64,000 nt of DNA, taken from positions 64,001 to 128,000 of IMG/VR virus record IMGVR_UViG_3300032241_002567. One strand, written 5' to 3'. The position numbers and the translations under genes are program-made. A model generated the notes under the pieces. That model was not told where the DNA came from. It made no database searches and saw only the letters and a list, made by a program, of their open reading frames with translations. Shown here piece by piece: positions 30,801-39,970 of this stretch (positions are counted from its first letter, which is position 1; the number at the start of each line of letters is the position of its first letter). The DNA is from a virus.

Positions 30801-31071
30801 TGATACTGGTAATGATGATACAGTAATGACTATTGTAAATGCATCAAGTGTTTTTTCAAAATTTATATTTAGAGAAATGGTAGAATCCGCAGCAGTCGAA
30901 TTAGTTGATGCTAATACAATTAAATATTTTAATGATATTTTAAAAAATCAAGAGTATCCTGATTATGATAAGGCGGATTATTCTGCTCTAAATAATATAA
31001 CTAGACAAAGAAAATTTGTAAATCAATACGGTAATAAAAATACTTATGGTGGACAAAATAATTGGTTTTAA
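27877..31071 (+). CDS. terL: Terminase large subunit (T4 gp17-like) containing an intein
   Basis: LRDYQ, Walker A SRQSGK/T, Walker B LYLDEFAH, ITSTPKG, FNQEY, RNase H-like VDISEGLGQDYS and NDDTVM. Confidence 0.95.
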   Translation: MTIAKKQQQQEENKKFIFTTKNVSEISEQMSDGVIIKRYMNPWFKGEVGVRRSGISFGITQDEVQEYIRCMDDVQYFAEKYCQIKREDGSIGPIKLRDYQKGILDLYKNPRVILCASRQSGKALRDNSYVWTIYGKKFISDLKVGEKIFGDDGKLTTVTGVFPQGKKQLYKITFSDNTSVECCGEHLWGLYNHERIYKVMQLNDFKDNYLTKRGDSKFYTKVAPCVEYETKELKIDPYFLGLLIGDGGISNKGNYITSIDESIINYCREEVKNYNCELVLSDRCTYRITTLTKGKNNILTGLLDEFNLKVKSYEKHIPNIYLTSDKSQRIQLLQGLMDTDGCVDSKKGGVEFCTTSKQLSIDFVELCNSLGIKTSATTRQTSFTYKGEKKLGRLSYLIKMYVNNTDFNIFKLERKNVNVRKDKKFNLATYRGIEKIEKIEIDNCTCISVDNKSKLFLTNNFIPTHNTINAAISILHFITFNNDKNVMIVANLRDTTIEIVDKIKSIYVNLPFFLKVGIKNWNQKSMVCENGCKIRTAARSKAPAIGFTIDFLYLDEFAHIPSNIIEPYYTAVYPIVSAVNNSKIVITSTPKGMNLFYKLLIDSERDELDPLKTNFKSKRIYWYEVEGRFVTYFRLFDNKLFEYGLTKEDVFEQVKAAFPQTKVEMKWIADLEKHVIHIYNKHEGIITPSEDVKKFMVEKDDKQIFIQQLAYVTTWQEETIKEIGGEDAFNQEYGLRFVDGSRSLLSEALIDDLLKNKKPYIHYPSYEFDRKLKFNYEDLKFVDDTSIFSPLDRKKMKIILSVDISEGLGQDYSVINMFRITPKPIETIENYKREYKYLSDFFHLQQFGIYRSNLVSVRQLAELFYVLSFEYFDPENVKAVVEYNTYGGQFLAEMPHLFDGNNNYGSGIFFRYKHRIDSEEEKIGLRITSNKEFLVKDYQEHMNKRNFEINNATNINEITTFIKHVLPSGNIRYAADTGNDDTVMTIVNASSVFSKFIFREMVESAAVELVDANTIKYFNDILKNQEYPDYDKADYSALNNITRQRKFVNQYGNKNTYGGQNNWF
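28243..29274 (+). mobile_element. Class 3 intein with LAGLIDADG endonuclease (344 aa) in the TerL Walker A motif
   Basis: Starts with Ala (GK/ALRDNS), ends PTHN/T; WCT triad EHLW, CTCISV, PTHN; LAGLIDADG motifs FLGLLIGDG and LQGLMDTDG. Confidence 0.9.
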
Positions 31072-31350
31072 TTATAATTCTTCTAAAGTCGTAGTTAAAC
31101 CACAAGCGGATAATTTTTCATTTATTACATACATTTTATCTTTTGAGCCTCTTTTAACATCACATTTACCTTTAAAGTGTATTAAAAAAGTGCATTGTTC
31201 CGCTTGCTGTAATTCATGTCCAGCGTATTTCATAAGACAATCTATTACATAGTCAAAACTATGCACGTCATCATTCCAAACAATGACGGCGTAAACACCA
31301 CCTATTATTTCATCTAATTCTGAGGTTTCTAATTCTTTAGTTTGAGGCAT
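31072..31350 (-). CDS. clpS: ATP-dependent Clp protease adaptor ClpS
   Basis: VIVWNDDVHSFDYVIDCL...QAEQC..LIH.KGKC.VK.G (Bacteroidota-type). Confidence 0.9.
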   Translation of the reverse strand: MPQTKELETSELDEIIGGVYAVIVWNDDVHSFDYVIDCLMKYAGHELQQAEQCTFLIHFKGKCDVKRGSKDKMYVINEKLSACGLTTTLEEL

Positions 31351-31762
31351 TTTCTAATTTTTTAATTTCTTCGTTTAATAAATTAGCAAGTTCGTAATTT
31401 TCTTTATTAATAGCATTTTGCATTTCTTTTTCTAAATCTTTTTTGGATTTATTTTTATTTTTGATTTTATGTTCATTTTTTATATTTAATAAAATAAAAT
31501 CACGAAATATTTCAGATTCGTAAGATTTTACAAAACTAATTTGATTACCTTCAACATTTTGATAAAACCATATTTTTTTAGATATAGGGTCATTATTAAA
31601 AATTGTAATGGTTATTACTTGATCTTTATATTTTTCTCCTCCTATACTAGTATAGAATCCATTAGGTGTATAAATATTAATTTTATCACCACTATAAAGT
31701 TTTTTCAAATTTTTAGTCTTTCTTATTTCTTTCAAAGAAAAAATTTTTTTTAAAAATTTCAT
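31337..31762 (-). CDS. Protein with a C-terminal UVR (UvrB/UvrC) motif
   Basis: LEKEMQNAINKENYELANLLNEEIKKLE. Confidence 0.7.
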   Translation of the reverse strand: MKFLKKIFSLKEIRKTKNLKKLYSGDKINIYTPNGFYTSIGGEKYKDQVITITIFNNDPISKKIWFYQNVEGNQISFVKSYESEIFRDFILLNIKNEHKIKNKNKSKKDLEKEMQNAINKENYELANLLNEEIKKLENASN

Positions 31763-31763
31763 A

Positions 31764-32291
31764 TTAGTAAATTTGAATTTTATTAATTACATCAATAATT
31801 GAAATCTTTGTATTTATATTTTTTTCAACTAAGGATGCCCATTCTGTAAATTTAACCAAATGTTCTTGTCTATCATCGTAAATGATTAAATCTGTGGCAT
31901 TTAAATTTTTACGAATAATTTGTTCAAATAATCTAGTTTTGAACTTGAATGTTTCACCACCCCAGTTACAAAAAACATCATGGAATCTTAAATCATGAAA
32001 ATCCAAAATTGCTTGCACTTCTTTTTTCAATTTATCCATACGTCCAGTGGCGATAAATACATAGTTTTCTTCATCAGAAATTGCTTCTAAATATTTATTG
32101 TATGTCCATATATTAATGGCAGGGTAAAAAATGCTAGTATCAAGTGATTCTTTTTTAGACCACCATCCAGTTGGATGTGGAAAGATTTCACCTTTTTCTT
32201 TTAGCCATATCTTTCTGCCTTCTTCTGGCTCCATTGTATGAATTAATGTTTTATCAAAATCAAAACATATTAATTTTTTATATACTGACAT
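31764..32291 (-). CDS. HAD-family phosphatase (Swiss-army-knife RNA-repair-like HAD)
   Basis: FDFDKTL, GWW, ATGR, FK, IYDDR..H. Confidence 0.8.
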   Translation of the reverse strand: MSVYKKLICFDFDKTLIHTMEPEEGRKIWLKEKGEIFPHPTGWWSKKESLDTSIFYPAINIWTYNKYLEAISDEENYVFIATGRMDKLKKEVQAILDFHDLRFHDVFCNWGGETFKFKTRLFEQIIRKNLNATDLIIYDDRQEHLVKFTEWASLVEKNINTKISIIDVINKIQIY

Positions 32292-32307
32292 TTTAAGATT
32301 ATTTTTA

Positions 32308-32315
32308 CAAAATTA
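32308..32315 (-). promoter_or_regulatory. Bacteroidota sigma-A-type -7 element (TAATTTTG)
   Basis: TAnnTTTG 16 nt upstream of the HAD-UVR-ClpS operon; no clear -33 element. Confidence 0.45.
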
Positions 32316-32384
32316 CAAAAAAATAAGTAAATAAAAAAATATTTTTACAAAGAAATCATTTTAGAATATATAAAAATAAAAATT

Positions 32385-32804
32385 ATGGCAATAAAAATTA
32401 AATTAATATTAATTACAATATTACTTTGTTTAAGTGGTTATTTAATTATGAATTATATCTCCGCGGAGAAAAATAGGCAAAATTTTTTAATCGAAAATAA
32501 ACAATTAAATAATAGAATTGATTCTTTTCAGAAGGAAAATTTTCAATTAGCAACAAAAATTAATGATTTACAAATTAGATATAATCTATTAGAAAAAAAA
32601 TCTATTACAGATTCATTAATTGCAGATAGTTTATCTGGTGAATATAATAATCTTTCTATAATAGCTGAAAATTCAAATAAAAAAGCTAATTATTATATGC
32701 GTAAATTTATTAATATAGAAAATAAAATTAATTTGTTGGAAACCAATAAAGTCTACAAAAAAAATGATAGCCTTTTAATATCATTATCAAAAAAAATAAA
32801 TTAA
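32385..32804 (+). CDS. Membrane-anchored coiled-coil protein (i-spanin-like candidate)
   Basis: N-terminal TM helix followed by a long coiled coil. Confidence 0.5.
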   Translation: MAIKIKLILITILLCLSGYLIMNYISAEKNRQNFLIENKQLNNRIDSFQKENFQLATKINDLQIRYNLLEKKSITDSLIADSLSGEYNNLSIIAENSNKKANYYMRKFINIENKINLLETNKVYKKNDSLLISLSKKIN

Positions 32805-32806
32805 AT

Positions 32807-33337
32807 ATGAAAAAAATAATAATAACACTATTACTATCCATTTTATCTTTGGTAGCGTTTTCGCAAAACTTGTCCACATATTCAATAGATTCTAGTTCGT
32901 TAATACCTAAATATTTATTGTCCGGTAAAGATACAGTAGGTATTGTTATAACTATGAAACAGGCTCAAAAAATCGATATTGATTATGACCTTCTATATTT
33001 ATATAGAAGTATAAATACTGATTGTGATTCAACTATAGCCACTTTAAATCAGAGTATTATAGATTATAGAAATCTAGATAGCATTTCAAATCTTAGATTT
33101 AAAGATTATGATACTTTGATAAATATTAAGGATCAACAAATATCAGATTTAACAAATCAAATTAATCTTAAAAATTCACAATTGATAATTAAGGATAGTA
33201 TTATTTCTGAAAAAGATAATTTAATTAATTTAAATAAAAATGAGGTTAATAAATTTAAAAAACAAAGGAATAGGGCAATTGGTATTTTATGCGGAATAAG
33301 TGCCATACTTTTATCTATTTTAGCAGGACACATTTGA
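32807..33337 (+). CDS. Secreted/membrane coiled-coil protein (spanin-like partner candidate)
   Basis: Signal peptide (AFS/Q), coiled coil, C-terminal TM helix. Confidence 0.45.
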   Translation: MKKIIITLLLSILSLVAFSQNLSTYSIDSSSLIPKYLLSGKDTVGIVITMKQAQKIDIDYDLLYLYRSINTDCDSTIATLNQSIIDYRNLDSISNLRFKDYDTLINIKDQQISDLTNQINLKNSQLIIKDSIISEKDNLINLNKNEVNKFKKQRNRAIGILCGISAILLSILAGHI

Positions 33338-33389
33338 TAAAATCCGCTTTTAATTTATAATATATAATATACAAAAATATATTCTTATA

Positions 33390-33905
33390 ATGAAACATAT
33401 TAGAAAATTTGAAGGTTTTAGAAACAATAAACCAGAAGCTCAAGAAACAGTAAATGAAACTGTATTCCAGGTTGAAAATACTTATAGAGTAAATATAATT
33501 GCTGACGTAGAAGCAAAACTTTTATCCGCTTATGCAAAAAAAGTTAAGCAAAACATGAATAAAGAAATTACCGATTTAATGGGCAATGCTATGTTAGCAG
33601 AAGAACTTGTTAAATGGGTTTTAATAAACGGTTTAGATGTGGAAAAAATACCAGCTTCAGCAATTATAGGCGGAGCACAGGGTCAAGGTCAGTCACAAGG
33701 TCAGTCACAAGGTCAGTCACAAGGTCAAGCACAAGTTCAGTCTCAATCACAAGATCAAGCACAAAGTCAACCCCAAGCTCAAGTTCAATCTCAACCTCAA
33801 GTTCAAGTTCAATCTCAACCTCAGGGTCAAGTGCAAACACAGAGTCAATCACAAGATATGGAAGAAGTACAATCTCAAAAAGGTAACGAAGAATTACCAG
33901 TTTAA
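33390..33905 (+). CDS. Putative virion internal protein with a Gln-rich tail
   Basis: Tag MKHIRKFEGF, then VNE; promoter at 33358-33366. Confidence 0.7.
   Translation: MKHIRKFEGFRNNKPEAQETVNETVFQVENTYRVNIIADVEAKLLSAYAKKVKQNMNKEITDLMGNAMLAEELVKWVLINGLDVEKIPASAIIGGAQGQGQSQGQSQGQSQGQAQVQSQSQDQAQSQPQAQVQSQPQVQVQSQPQGQVQTQSQSQDMEEVQSQKGNEELPV
33678..33853 (+). repeat. Gln-dipeptide low-complexity repeat (12-bp ggtcagtcacaa x3 and derivatives)
   Basis: QGQGQSQGQSQGQSQGQAQVQSQ... Confidence 0.85.
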
Positions 33906-33978
33906 TATTTGAATTTTAAATAAAAAAGTCGCTTAATTGAGCGACTTTTTTATTTAAAATTCAAATATTAAACTGGTA
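33895..33978. terminator. Perfect 39-bp-arm palindrome and bidirectional terminator extending into both flanking CDS
   Basis: taccagtttaatatttgaattttaaataaaaaagtcgct-taattg-exact reverse complement. Confidence 0.9.
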
Positions 33979-35095
33979 CATTTACTGGTACTAAAATAGT
34001 TTGTATAATTCTATCAATAATTTCATATGGATCACCATTAGAAGCAGGACGTCTATCTTCTAAATAACCTGGTGTTATAACATCTTCAATTGAAGAAGGT
34101 ATTCTAATAGACGCAGTTCTATCACCTATACCATATCTATATTCATTAATAGAACAAGTTTCATTAGCACCAGTTAAACGATGTTCATTATTTATGCCAT
34201 AAACTGCGATATGTTCGGTGATTTTAGTTCCTAATTTTTCACAAGCTTCTATAACTAACGACTTTTTATTTTTTAAATCGGTTCTCATAGTTTTAGTTGA
34301 GAAATTGACATGCATACCTGAACCATTCCAATCATTTCCTTTAATAGGCTTTGGATCTAACACTATATAATAGTTATACTTTTCAGATAATCTTTCTAAT
34401 ATATATCTCGAAACCCATAACTGGTCAGCACCTTCTTTAGCTGGCACTGGTCCAATTTGGTATTCCCATTGACCCAAAGCTACTTCAGCATTTATACCAG
34501 AAATTTTTAATTCAGCATATTCACATAATTCAGCATGTTCTTCAACAAATGCTCTACCTGCAACATTTCTGCCACCAACTGCACAATAATATGGTCCTTG
34601 TGGTCTTGCTGGTGTGGTAATTTTTTCACTGTATGGATTGTTTACTGGCCATCCTAATGGTTTATTTGTATTACAATCATAAATAAAATATTCCTGTTCC
34701 AATCCATACATAGTTTCATCATCATATTTATCTAATGTTTCAACCATTTTTGCTCTTTTATTTGTTGAGTGAGGTGTCATGTCGGTATTATATACTTCCG
34801 ACATAACGATGAAGCCATTTTCTTTAAATGGATTTTTGAATATATTAACTGGTTTAAGTAATAATTCTGATTTAGAAGTTTCTGCTTGATCTGTTGAAGA
34901 GCCATCAAAGTTCCATAAAGGAAGTGTTTCTGGATTTTTTTTCCAATCTTGAAATAATGATTTTAATGAAATTGCATCTATTTTTAGTGTATTAATATCC
35001 AATTTTTTTTCGATAATTTTTGTTTTTGAACGGATTTGTTGTGGATATGAACCATCAAGCCAAATATATTCTAAATAAATGTTTTTGTTTACCAT
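33968..35095 (-). CDS. glnII: Glutamine synthetase type II
   Basis: EYIWLDG, RSKT, WNFDGSST.QA, GPYYC, GINAEV..GQWEYQ, WNGSGMH.NFST, RLTG, YLEDRRPASN.DPY. Confidence 0.93.
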   Translation of the reverse strand: MVNKNIYLEYIWLDGSYPQQIRSKTKIIEKKLDINTLKIDAISLKSLFQDWKKNPETLPLWNFDGSSTDQAETSKSELLLKPVNIFKNPFKENGFIVMSEVYNTDMTPHSTNKRAKMVETLDKYDDETMYGLEQEYFIYDCNTNKPLGWPVNNPYSEKITTPARPQGPYYCAVGGRNVAGRAFVEEHAELCEYAELKISGINAEVALGQWEYQIGPVPAKEGADQLWVSRYILERLSEKYNYYIVLDPKPIKGNDWNGSGMHVNFSTKTMRTDLKNKKSLVIEACEKLGTKITEHIAVYGINNEHRLTGANETCSINEYRYGIGDRTASIRIPSSIEDVITPGYLEDRRPASNGDPYEIIDRIIQTILVPVNVPV

Positions 35096-35211
35096 AATGT
35101 AATTTTTTTATTTTTATTTTATATATCCAAAATAAAAAATGTTGTTTTGATGTAAAATAATTACACAACAAATGTAATTATTTTACATATAAAATAAAAA
35201 TAAATAGAAAT

Positions 35212-35496
35212 ATGAAAACAATAAATATAAGTGATGAATTACATACAAGATTAAAAGATGCTGCTGAATTTTGCGGTGTATCTATACAAACTTTAGTGAC
35301 AGAAATGTTAGAAAGAGATTTTAAAAATGCAATAACAGTTAAAGAAATTACCATTGATGATACTGGTGATTTAAAATCATATCATGATCAAATACAAAGC
35401 TATCTTAAAATTAAAAATTTAAATGAAGGAGATTTTAAACTAACATTAACTAGTGAATTATTTAAAAAACCTAAAATAAAAATATATCATAGATAA
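35212..35496 (+). CDS. Ribbon-helix-helix DNA-binding protein
   Basis: MKTINISDELHTRLKDAAEFCGVSIQTLVTEML; divergent from the GS gene. Confidence 0.7.
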   Translation: MKTINISDELHTRLKDAAEFCGVSIQTLVTEMLERDFKNAITVKEITIDDTGDLKSYHDQIQSYLKIKNLNEGDFKLTLTSELFKKPKIKIYHR

Positions 35497-35507
35497 AAAA
35501 AATTGCC

Positions 35508-36119
35508 CTATTTTATAGGGCAATTTTTTGCTGAATAAATAAACTTTTCATTTTTTAATATTTTTAATCCAAGTGCTTTAGCTGTTGTCATGACATCTAA
35601 TATACATTCATTTTCTGCTCCACCAACTATTACAATTTCTTCTCCTTTTATAGATTTAAATAAATCATATAATTTAATAGGAGAATGAAACCATTTATGA
35701 TTATTGCCTATATAAACTATTATAGTTCCTTCAGTTGTTTTAAAATATTCGCCTCTTTGTATATTAGAACCTTTAGATTTTATTTCGTTATAAGTTTTTT
35801 CGGATAAGATATTTTTATAAAAATCGACATCAACATCATAATTATATCTTTTTTCGATTAAATCAACTTGATTTTTAAACCTATATAAATCATTTTTATT
35901 TTCTATGTCCGGTTGTTCATCATACAAAAAATCTTTATCAGGATTTTTTCCTTCGTGGTGATTATCAAATATTTGATAAACTTTATCAAAATCGTTACAA
36001 TATTCATTAAGTTGTGCCAAATAATTATCATTAAAATATTTTTTAAATGACTTTTGCACATCAACAATAATTAAAATTCTATCTTTAGAAAAATTCTCAA
36101 ATAATTTAATATATTTCAT
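35508..36119 (-). CDS. Isochorismatase/cysteine-hydrolase family protein with a capsid-tag-like N-terminus
   Basis: ILIIVDVQ (Asp), IEK (Lys), VGGAENECI (Cys) triad; tag MKYIKLFENF; promoter at 36124-36132. Confidence 0.75.
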   Translation of the reverse strand: MKYIKLFENFSKDRILIIVDVQKSFKKYFNDNYLAQLNEYCNDFDKVYQIFDNHHEGKNPDKDFLYDEQPDIENKNDLYRFKNQVDLIEKRYNYDVDVDFYKNILSEKTYNEIKSKGSNIQRGEYFKTTEGTIIVYIGNNHKWFHSPIKLYDLFKSIKGEEIVIVGGAENECILDVMTTAKALGLKILKNEKFIYSAKNCPIK

Positions 36120-36149
36120 TATTTATATATTAAATAAAAATCCATTACT

Positions 36150-36533
36150 TTAAGTAATGGATTTTCCAAATTGAGCATATACCTCATAATCACTCAGTTT
36201 GAAATAAATAAACATCATATCATAAAAATTAACATTATCTTGTGTGAAAACTACATTTAGTGTATAATTCATATTACTTAATTCTGGTATATATAATCCT
36301 ATCTGGTTATTAAGTTGCGTCTCAACATACGAAGAAGAAACTGCTGTCTGATTTACTAACAATTCCAAATCTCCCCCAAAAGAAGGATCAGCCATTACAT
36401 CTCCCTTATTAGTAAATAATATCATTTTATATTTTTGTAAAATAACTCTAATAACGTCATCTTCGATGACCTGATTGGCAGTATATGAAGGATCAGTTTG
36501 GTCTATTATATAGAAATCTGTGAAATTAAACAT
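36150..36533 (-). CDS. Baseplate wedge subunit (T4 gp25-like)
   Basis: ILFTNKGDVMADPSFGGDL...I..YIPEL. Confidence 0.8.
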   Translation of the reverse strand: MFNFTDFYIIDQTDPSYTANQVIEDDVIRVILQKYKMILFTNKGDVMADPSFGGDLELLVNQTAVSSSYVETQLNNQIGLYIPELSNMNYTLNVVFTQDNVNFYDMMFIYFKLSDYEVYAQFGKSIT

Positions 36534-36693
36534 AGATTATATATTAAATAAAAACTTCTGCTTTATAAATTAATAATTTATTATTACATAACTGGAACAA
36601 ACCTATTTTGTAGTTTGCTTAAGACAAACAATTTTAATTTTTTCACAGGTTATAATTTCCATAATTTATATTATATTAAATATATAAACTCTA

Positions 36694-37671
36694 CTACATA
36701 AAAACTTCTCTTATTCTCGATAATATCGTTATACCTAATATAATTGGATCTGTATTTGTTTCTAATAATCTAGTGTGATCGGTTATGATAGCACTAATTT
36801 TAAAAAGTTTTTCAATTAAATTAGGTTGATTTTCAATTATGTAATCTATAAAAGGTCTGCCCAATAAAACAATCATTTCATCAACTCCTTCCGCTGTAAA
36901 TGTTTCTATTATGTAATGATAAATTTCATCAAAAGTCTTATTATTACCTAACGCTATTTTATATAATTCTTCTTTTTTCTTAATATCTATATTTGGTGAT
37001 GTTAAAATTTCTCCATTTCTTCTAAAATGATCTAACGCAATAAGAGTTTGTCTGAAATCTGGAAAATTTTTATTTATGATTTTTGCCAGATCTTCTTTTG
37101 AAATTTGAAACTCTTCTGCTGGTGCAATAACTTCTTGTATTCTTATATAAAACAAAGTCTTTAATAATTTTTCTTCTATATTATCTTGGCAATCAAAATT
37201 AACTAATGAAAATCTTGATAAAATTCCTTTAGAAACTTTATTTATATGATTTGTTACTAGAATGAATCTTACATTTTTAGCAGAATATTCTTCAATATAA
37301 GCCTTTAAAGCATCTTGATATTGTTTAGAAGTTCTTTCAAATTCGTCTAAAAAAACATATTTAATTGTGTCAGATTTAATATCAATAGACATATCTAACC
37401 CCATATATACCTTAGAACAAAAGTCGTCAATTTTAGTTCTAAGATCATCTATTGATGTATAGAATGATGAATTTAATTCTAATTTTGGTGAATTTTTTGT
37501 ATATTTACCAATAAGTATTCTTGCTAATGTTGTTTTGCCTGTGCCAAAATGTCCATATAAAATAACATTATCATTTAATCCTTTTTCAAATATTTTTTTT
37601 ATTCTTGGCAAAAGAACCATATCTTCTATTGTTTTAGGTCTCCATTTTTCAGATAGTAGTAGTTGTTTCAT
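36694..37671 (-). CDS. Sliding-clamp loader ATPase subunit (T4 gp44/RFC-like)
   Basis: EKWRPKTI, Walker A GHFGTGKTT, LDEFE, ILSRF, FPDFR. Confidence 0.92.
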   Translation of the reverse strand: MKQLLLSEKWRPKTIEDMVLLPRIKKIFEKGLNDNVILYGHFGTGKTTLARILIGKYTKNSPKLELNSSFYTSIDDLRTKIDDFCSKVYMGLDMSIDIKSDTIKYVFLDEFERTSKQYQDALKAYIEEYSAKNVRFILVTNHINKVSKGILSRFSLVNFDCQDNIEEKLLKTLFYIRIQEVIAPAEEFQISKEDLAKIINKNFPDFRQTLIALDHFRRNGEILTSPNIDIKKKEELYKIALGNNKTFDEIYHYIIETFTAEGVDEMIVLLGRPFIDYIIENQPNLIEKLFKISAIITDHTRLLETNTDPIILGITILSRIREVFM

Positions 37672-37726
37672 AGAAAATTTATATTTAAATCAGAAGAAGT
37701 TTAAAAAATATTATATATAATAGTAT

Positions 37727-38548
37727 ATGATTGGTGATAAAAAAAATTATGACGATGTATTTTTAAGAAACTTAACAATAGCAGTTTTAGATACATTAGA
37801 AGGAGAAGTTTATTGGTATTATGAATTTTCAAGCGGTACGAAACAAGTTACAGTTCCATTTTATTATTCACTTACTGGTGATGAAAAATTTGTAATTGAT
37901 ACATTTGTTGATGATGTTGTTTCTGATAATAGACTAACCGAATTAAATACAGATAAAATACCGAGAGGTGTTTTGACAATGACAGGCTTTGATATATTAA
38001 CTGATCAAATGGATAATCCAAATGTTTGGATTAATACTAAATTTGAAGACACAGACGAAATAAAAACTATACAAGCAAGAATACGACCTTTTCCAATTTC
38101 TGCTAAGTATGAATTAGTTATTTTTTTAAATAGCGAAAATGATTATTTTAAATGTGCTGCTTCTTTAATGGATACTATAGGTATATATCGATATATGACA
38201 TTTGAATTTAATGAGTTTATAATAAATGCTGTAATACAATTACCCGAAACTAATCAATTTGAAAATACAAGAGATAAAAGTTTCACCACAAAGAATGAAA
38301 TCAAATTAACATGTACATTTGATGTTTATACATTTTATCCAGCTTATAGGCAACCACAAAGAACAGGTATAAGAGCAATTGAAACACAAAATACTTGGTC
38401 AAACGCATATACATATGATAAATTTATAGATAATACACAAAATATTATTTCTCCAAAAAGGACAAAATGGTATTCAAATATTGATAGATCATCGGGAAAC
38501 CCTGGTACAAGCACTAGTATAGATAGCACAAACCCAAATAGTTTATAA
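37727..38548 (+). CDS. Tail terminator/sheath stabilizer (T4 gp15-like)
   Basis: VPFYY..G.EKF, IPRG, PFP...YEL.I. Confidence 0.6.
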   Translation: MIGDKKNYDDVFLRNLTIAVLDTLEGEVYWYYEFSSGTKQVTVPFYYSLTGDEKFVIDTFVDDVVSDNRLTELNTDKIPRGVLTMTGFDILTDQMDNPNVWINTKFEDTDEIKTIQARIRPFPISAKYELVIFLNSENDYFKCAASLMDTIGIYRYMTFEFNEFIINAVIQLPETNQFENTRDKSFTTKNEIKLTCTFDVYTFYPAYRQPQRTGIRAIETQNTWSNAYTYDKFIDNTQNIISPKRTKWYSNIDRSSGNPGTSTSIDSTNPNSL

Positions 38549-38615
38549 AAAAAACTGCAAAAACAGACTTTTGAAACGTAATATATACTTTAAACTATAA
38601 AAAATATTTTTAATT

Positions 38616-39896
38616 ATGAAGGATCTCAAATTAGAGCTTTTTAACTTTAAGAAAAACTTATCATATGATCAGAATGATGTTTTTAACATTGTGGAAAGTC
38701 ACTTAAATGCTTGCAATGTGGCTTCCGAGAAGCAAATAATTTTATCTTTGAATGAAAAGCTTAAAACATATACTTATGATTCTGATGTTAAAGGACTTTT
38801 AGAATCATTAAATAATGATATGGAGCAATATCAATTATTATATGAATTGAAAAATTTATATAATGTTTTAAATTCTAAAAATCAAGGAGAAATGTATAGA
38901 CAACCTATTAATGTTGTTTTACAAACTATAAATTTAGATTCTGATCAAGATAGAATGTCAAAAGTTCTTAATGAGCTAGCAATTTATGATTGGGTTCCTG
39001 AAATAAAATTATTTGTTCATAATTTAACTAAATCACCAGAGCAAAAAACAAACTTATTATCTGGTGGTAAATCTGAATCAGTTTATACTCTAGTTGATAG
39101 AGTTGAAGAAGGTTATATTTGTTTAGTTAAAGACTCATGGTTTTTACTTTCTGAAAACAATATAGAAAAAACATTATTAGAAACTCATGTTACTGATAAT
39201 GATCATTTAAAGGTTTTAAGAAATTTACAAGCAGCTATGAATTATGCAAGAGTTTGTGAAGATAGAATTAATTTTAGAATTTCTGAAAATTTAACAATAG
39301 GTTTATCAGTTGCTAAAAAAGGTGTTATATACATAAATGATGATGAAATGAAAGAGACTACATTAGAATCTCTATTCTCATCTCCAATTATACCAATAGT
39401 AAATAAGAATTTTTATACACTTTTAGTTGAAACAGCTAATAATTTAAATAAATTTGTTGAATTAGATGTTGTTAAAAGAGTAAATAATTTAATTAATCCT
39501 TATTTAGAATGTTTTGCTTTTAATTATAAAAATGCTACATATTTATATAGATGTGATGAAAGATATGGTAATTCATTTTTTAAATATGAATCGGCTCTTG
39601 AATTAGTAAATGAAGTAAAAAATGAATTAAATTATGATTTAACTTTCTTTTATGAAAATAAATTAGATAAGGAAATGATTGTTAAAAGGAAACTGGAAGA
39701 TAAAGAAAGAGAAATTTCTATTAAATTAGAAGATATAGATTTTAATATTTCTAAATTAGAAGCTTCAATAAAATATATTGGCGAATCAGAAGTTTTATCA
39801 ACAGCTATGAATAATTTAACTGCAAGAAAAGAAGTATTGAATAGTGAACTTCTAGCAATTAAGGAACTACAATATAAAGAAAGAATAAAACTATAA
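38616..39896 (+). CDS. Late hypothetical protein, possibly prohead core or structural
   Basis: Promoter at 38579-38587; helical; repeated LNE/LLE sites. Confidence 0.6.
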   Translation: MKDLKLELFNFKKNLSYDQNDVFNIVESHLNACNVASEKQIILSLNEKLKTYTYDSDVKGLLESLNNDMEQYQLLYELKNLYNVLNSKNQGEMYRQPINVVLQTINLDSDQDRMSKVLNELAIYDWVPEIKLFVHNLTKSPEQKTNLLSGGKSESVYTLVDRVEEGYICLVKDSWFLLSENNIEKTLLETHVTDNDHLKVLRNLQAAMNYARVCEDRINFRISENLTIGLSVAKKGVIYINDDEMKETTLESLFSSPIIPIVNKNFYTLLVETANNLNKFVELDVVKRVNNLINPYLECFAFNYKNATYLYRCDERYGNSFFKYESALELVNEVKNELNYDLTFFYENKLDKEMIVKRKLEDKEREISIKLEDIDFNISKLEASIKYIGESEVLSTAMNNLTARKEVLNSELLAIKELQYKERIKL

Positions 39897-39914
39897 ATTT
39901 AGTTTGATAATATT

Positions 39915-39949
39915 AAAATAAAAGCTCCATATTTTGGGGCTTTTATTTT
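39915..39949. terminator. Intrinsic terminator
   Basis: aaaataaaagctcca-tattt-tggggcttttatttt. Confidence 0.7.
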
Positions 39950-39970
39950 TAATATATAAAATAAAAAATT

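Noticed and set aside
36560-36663. Minus-strand mini-ORF MEIITCEKIKIVCLKQTTK ending at TAG
   Set aside because: Too short to support; a single case is not evidence of readthrough
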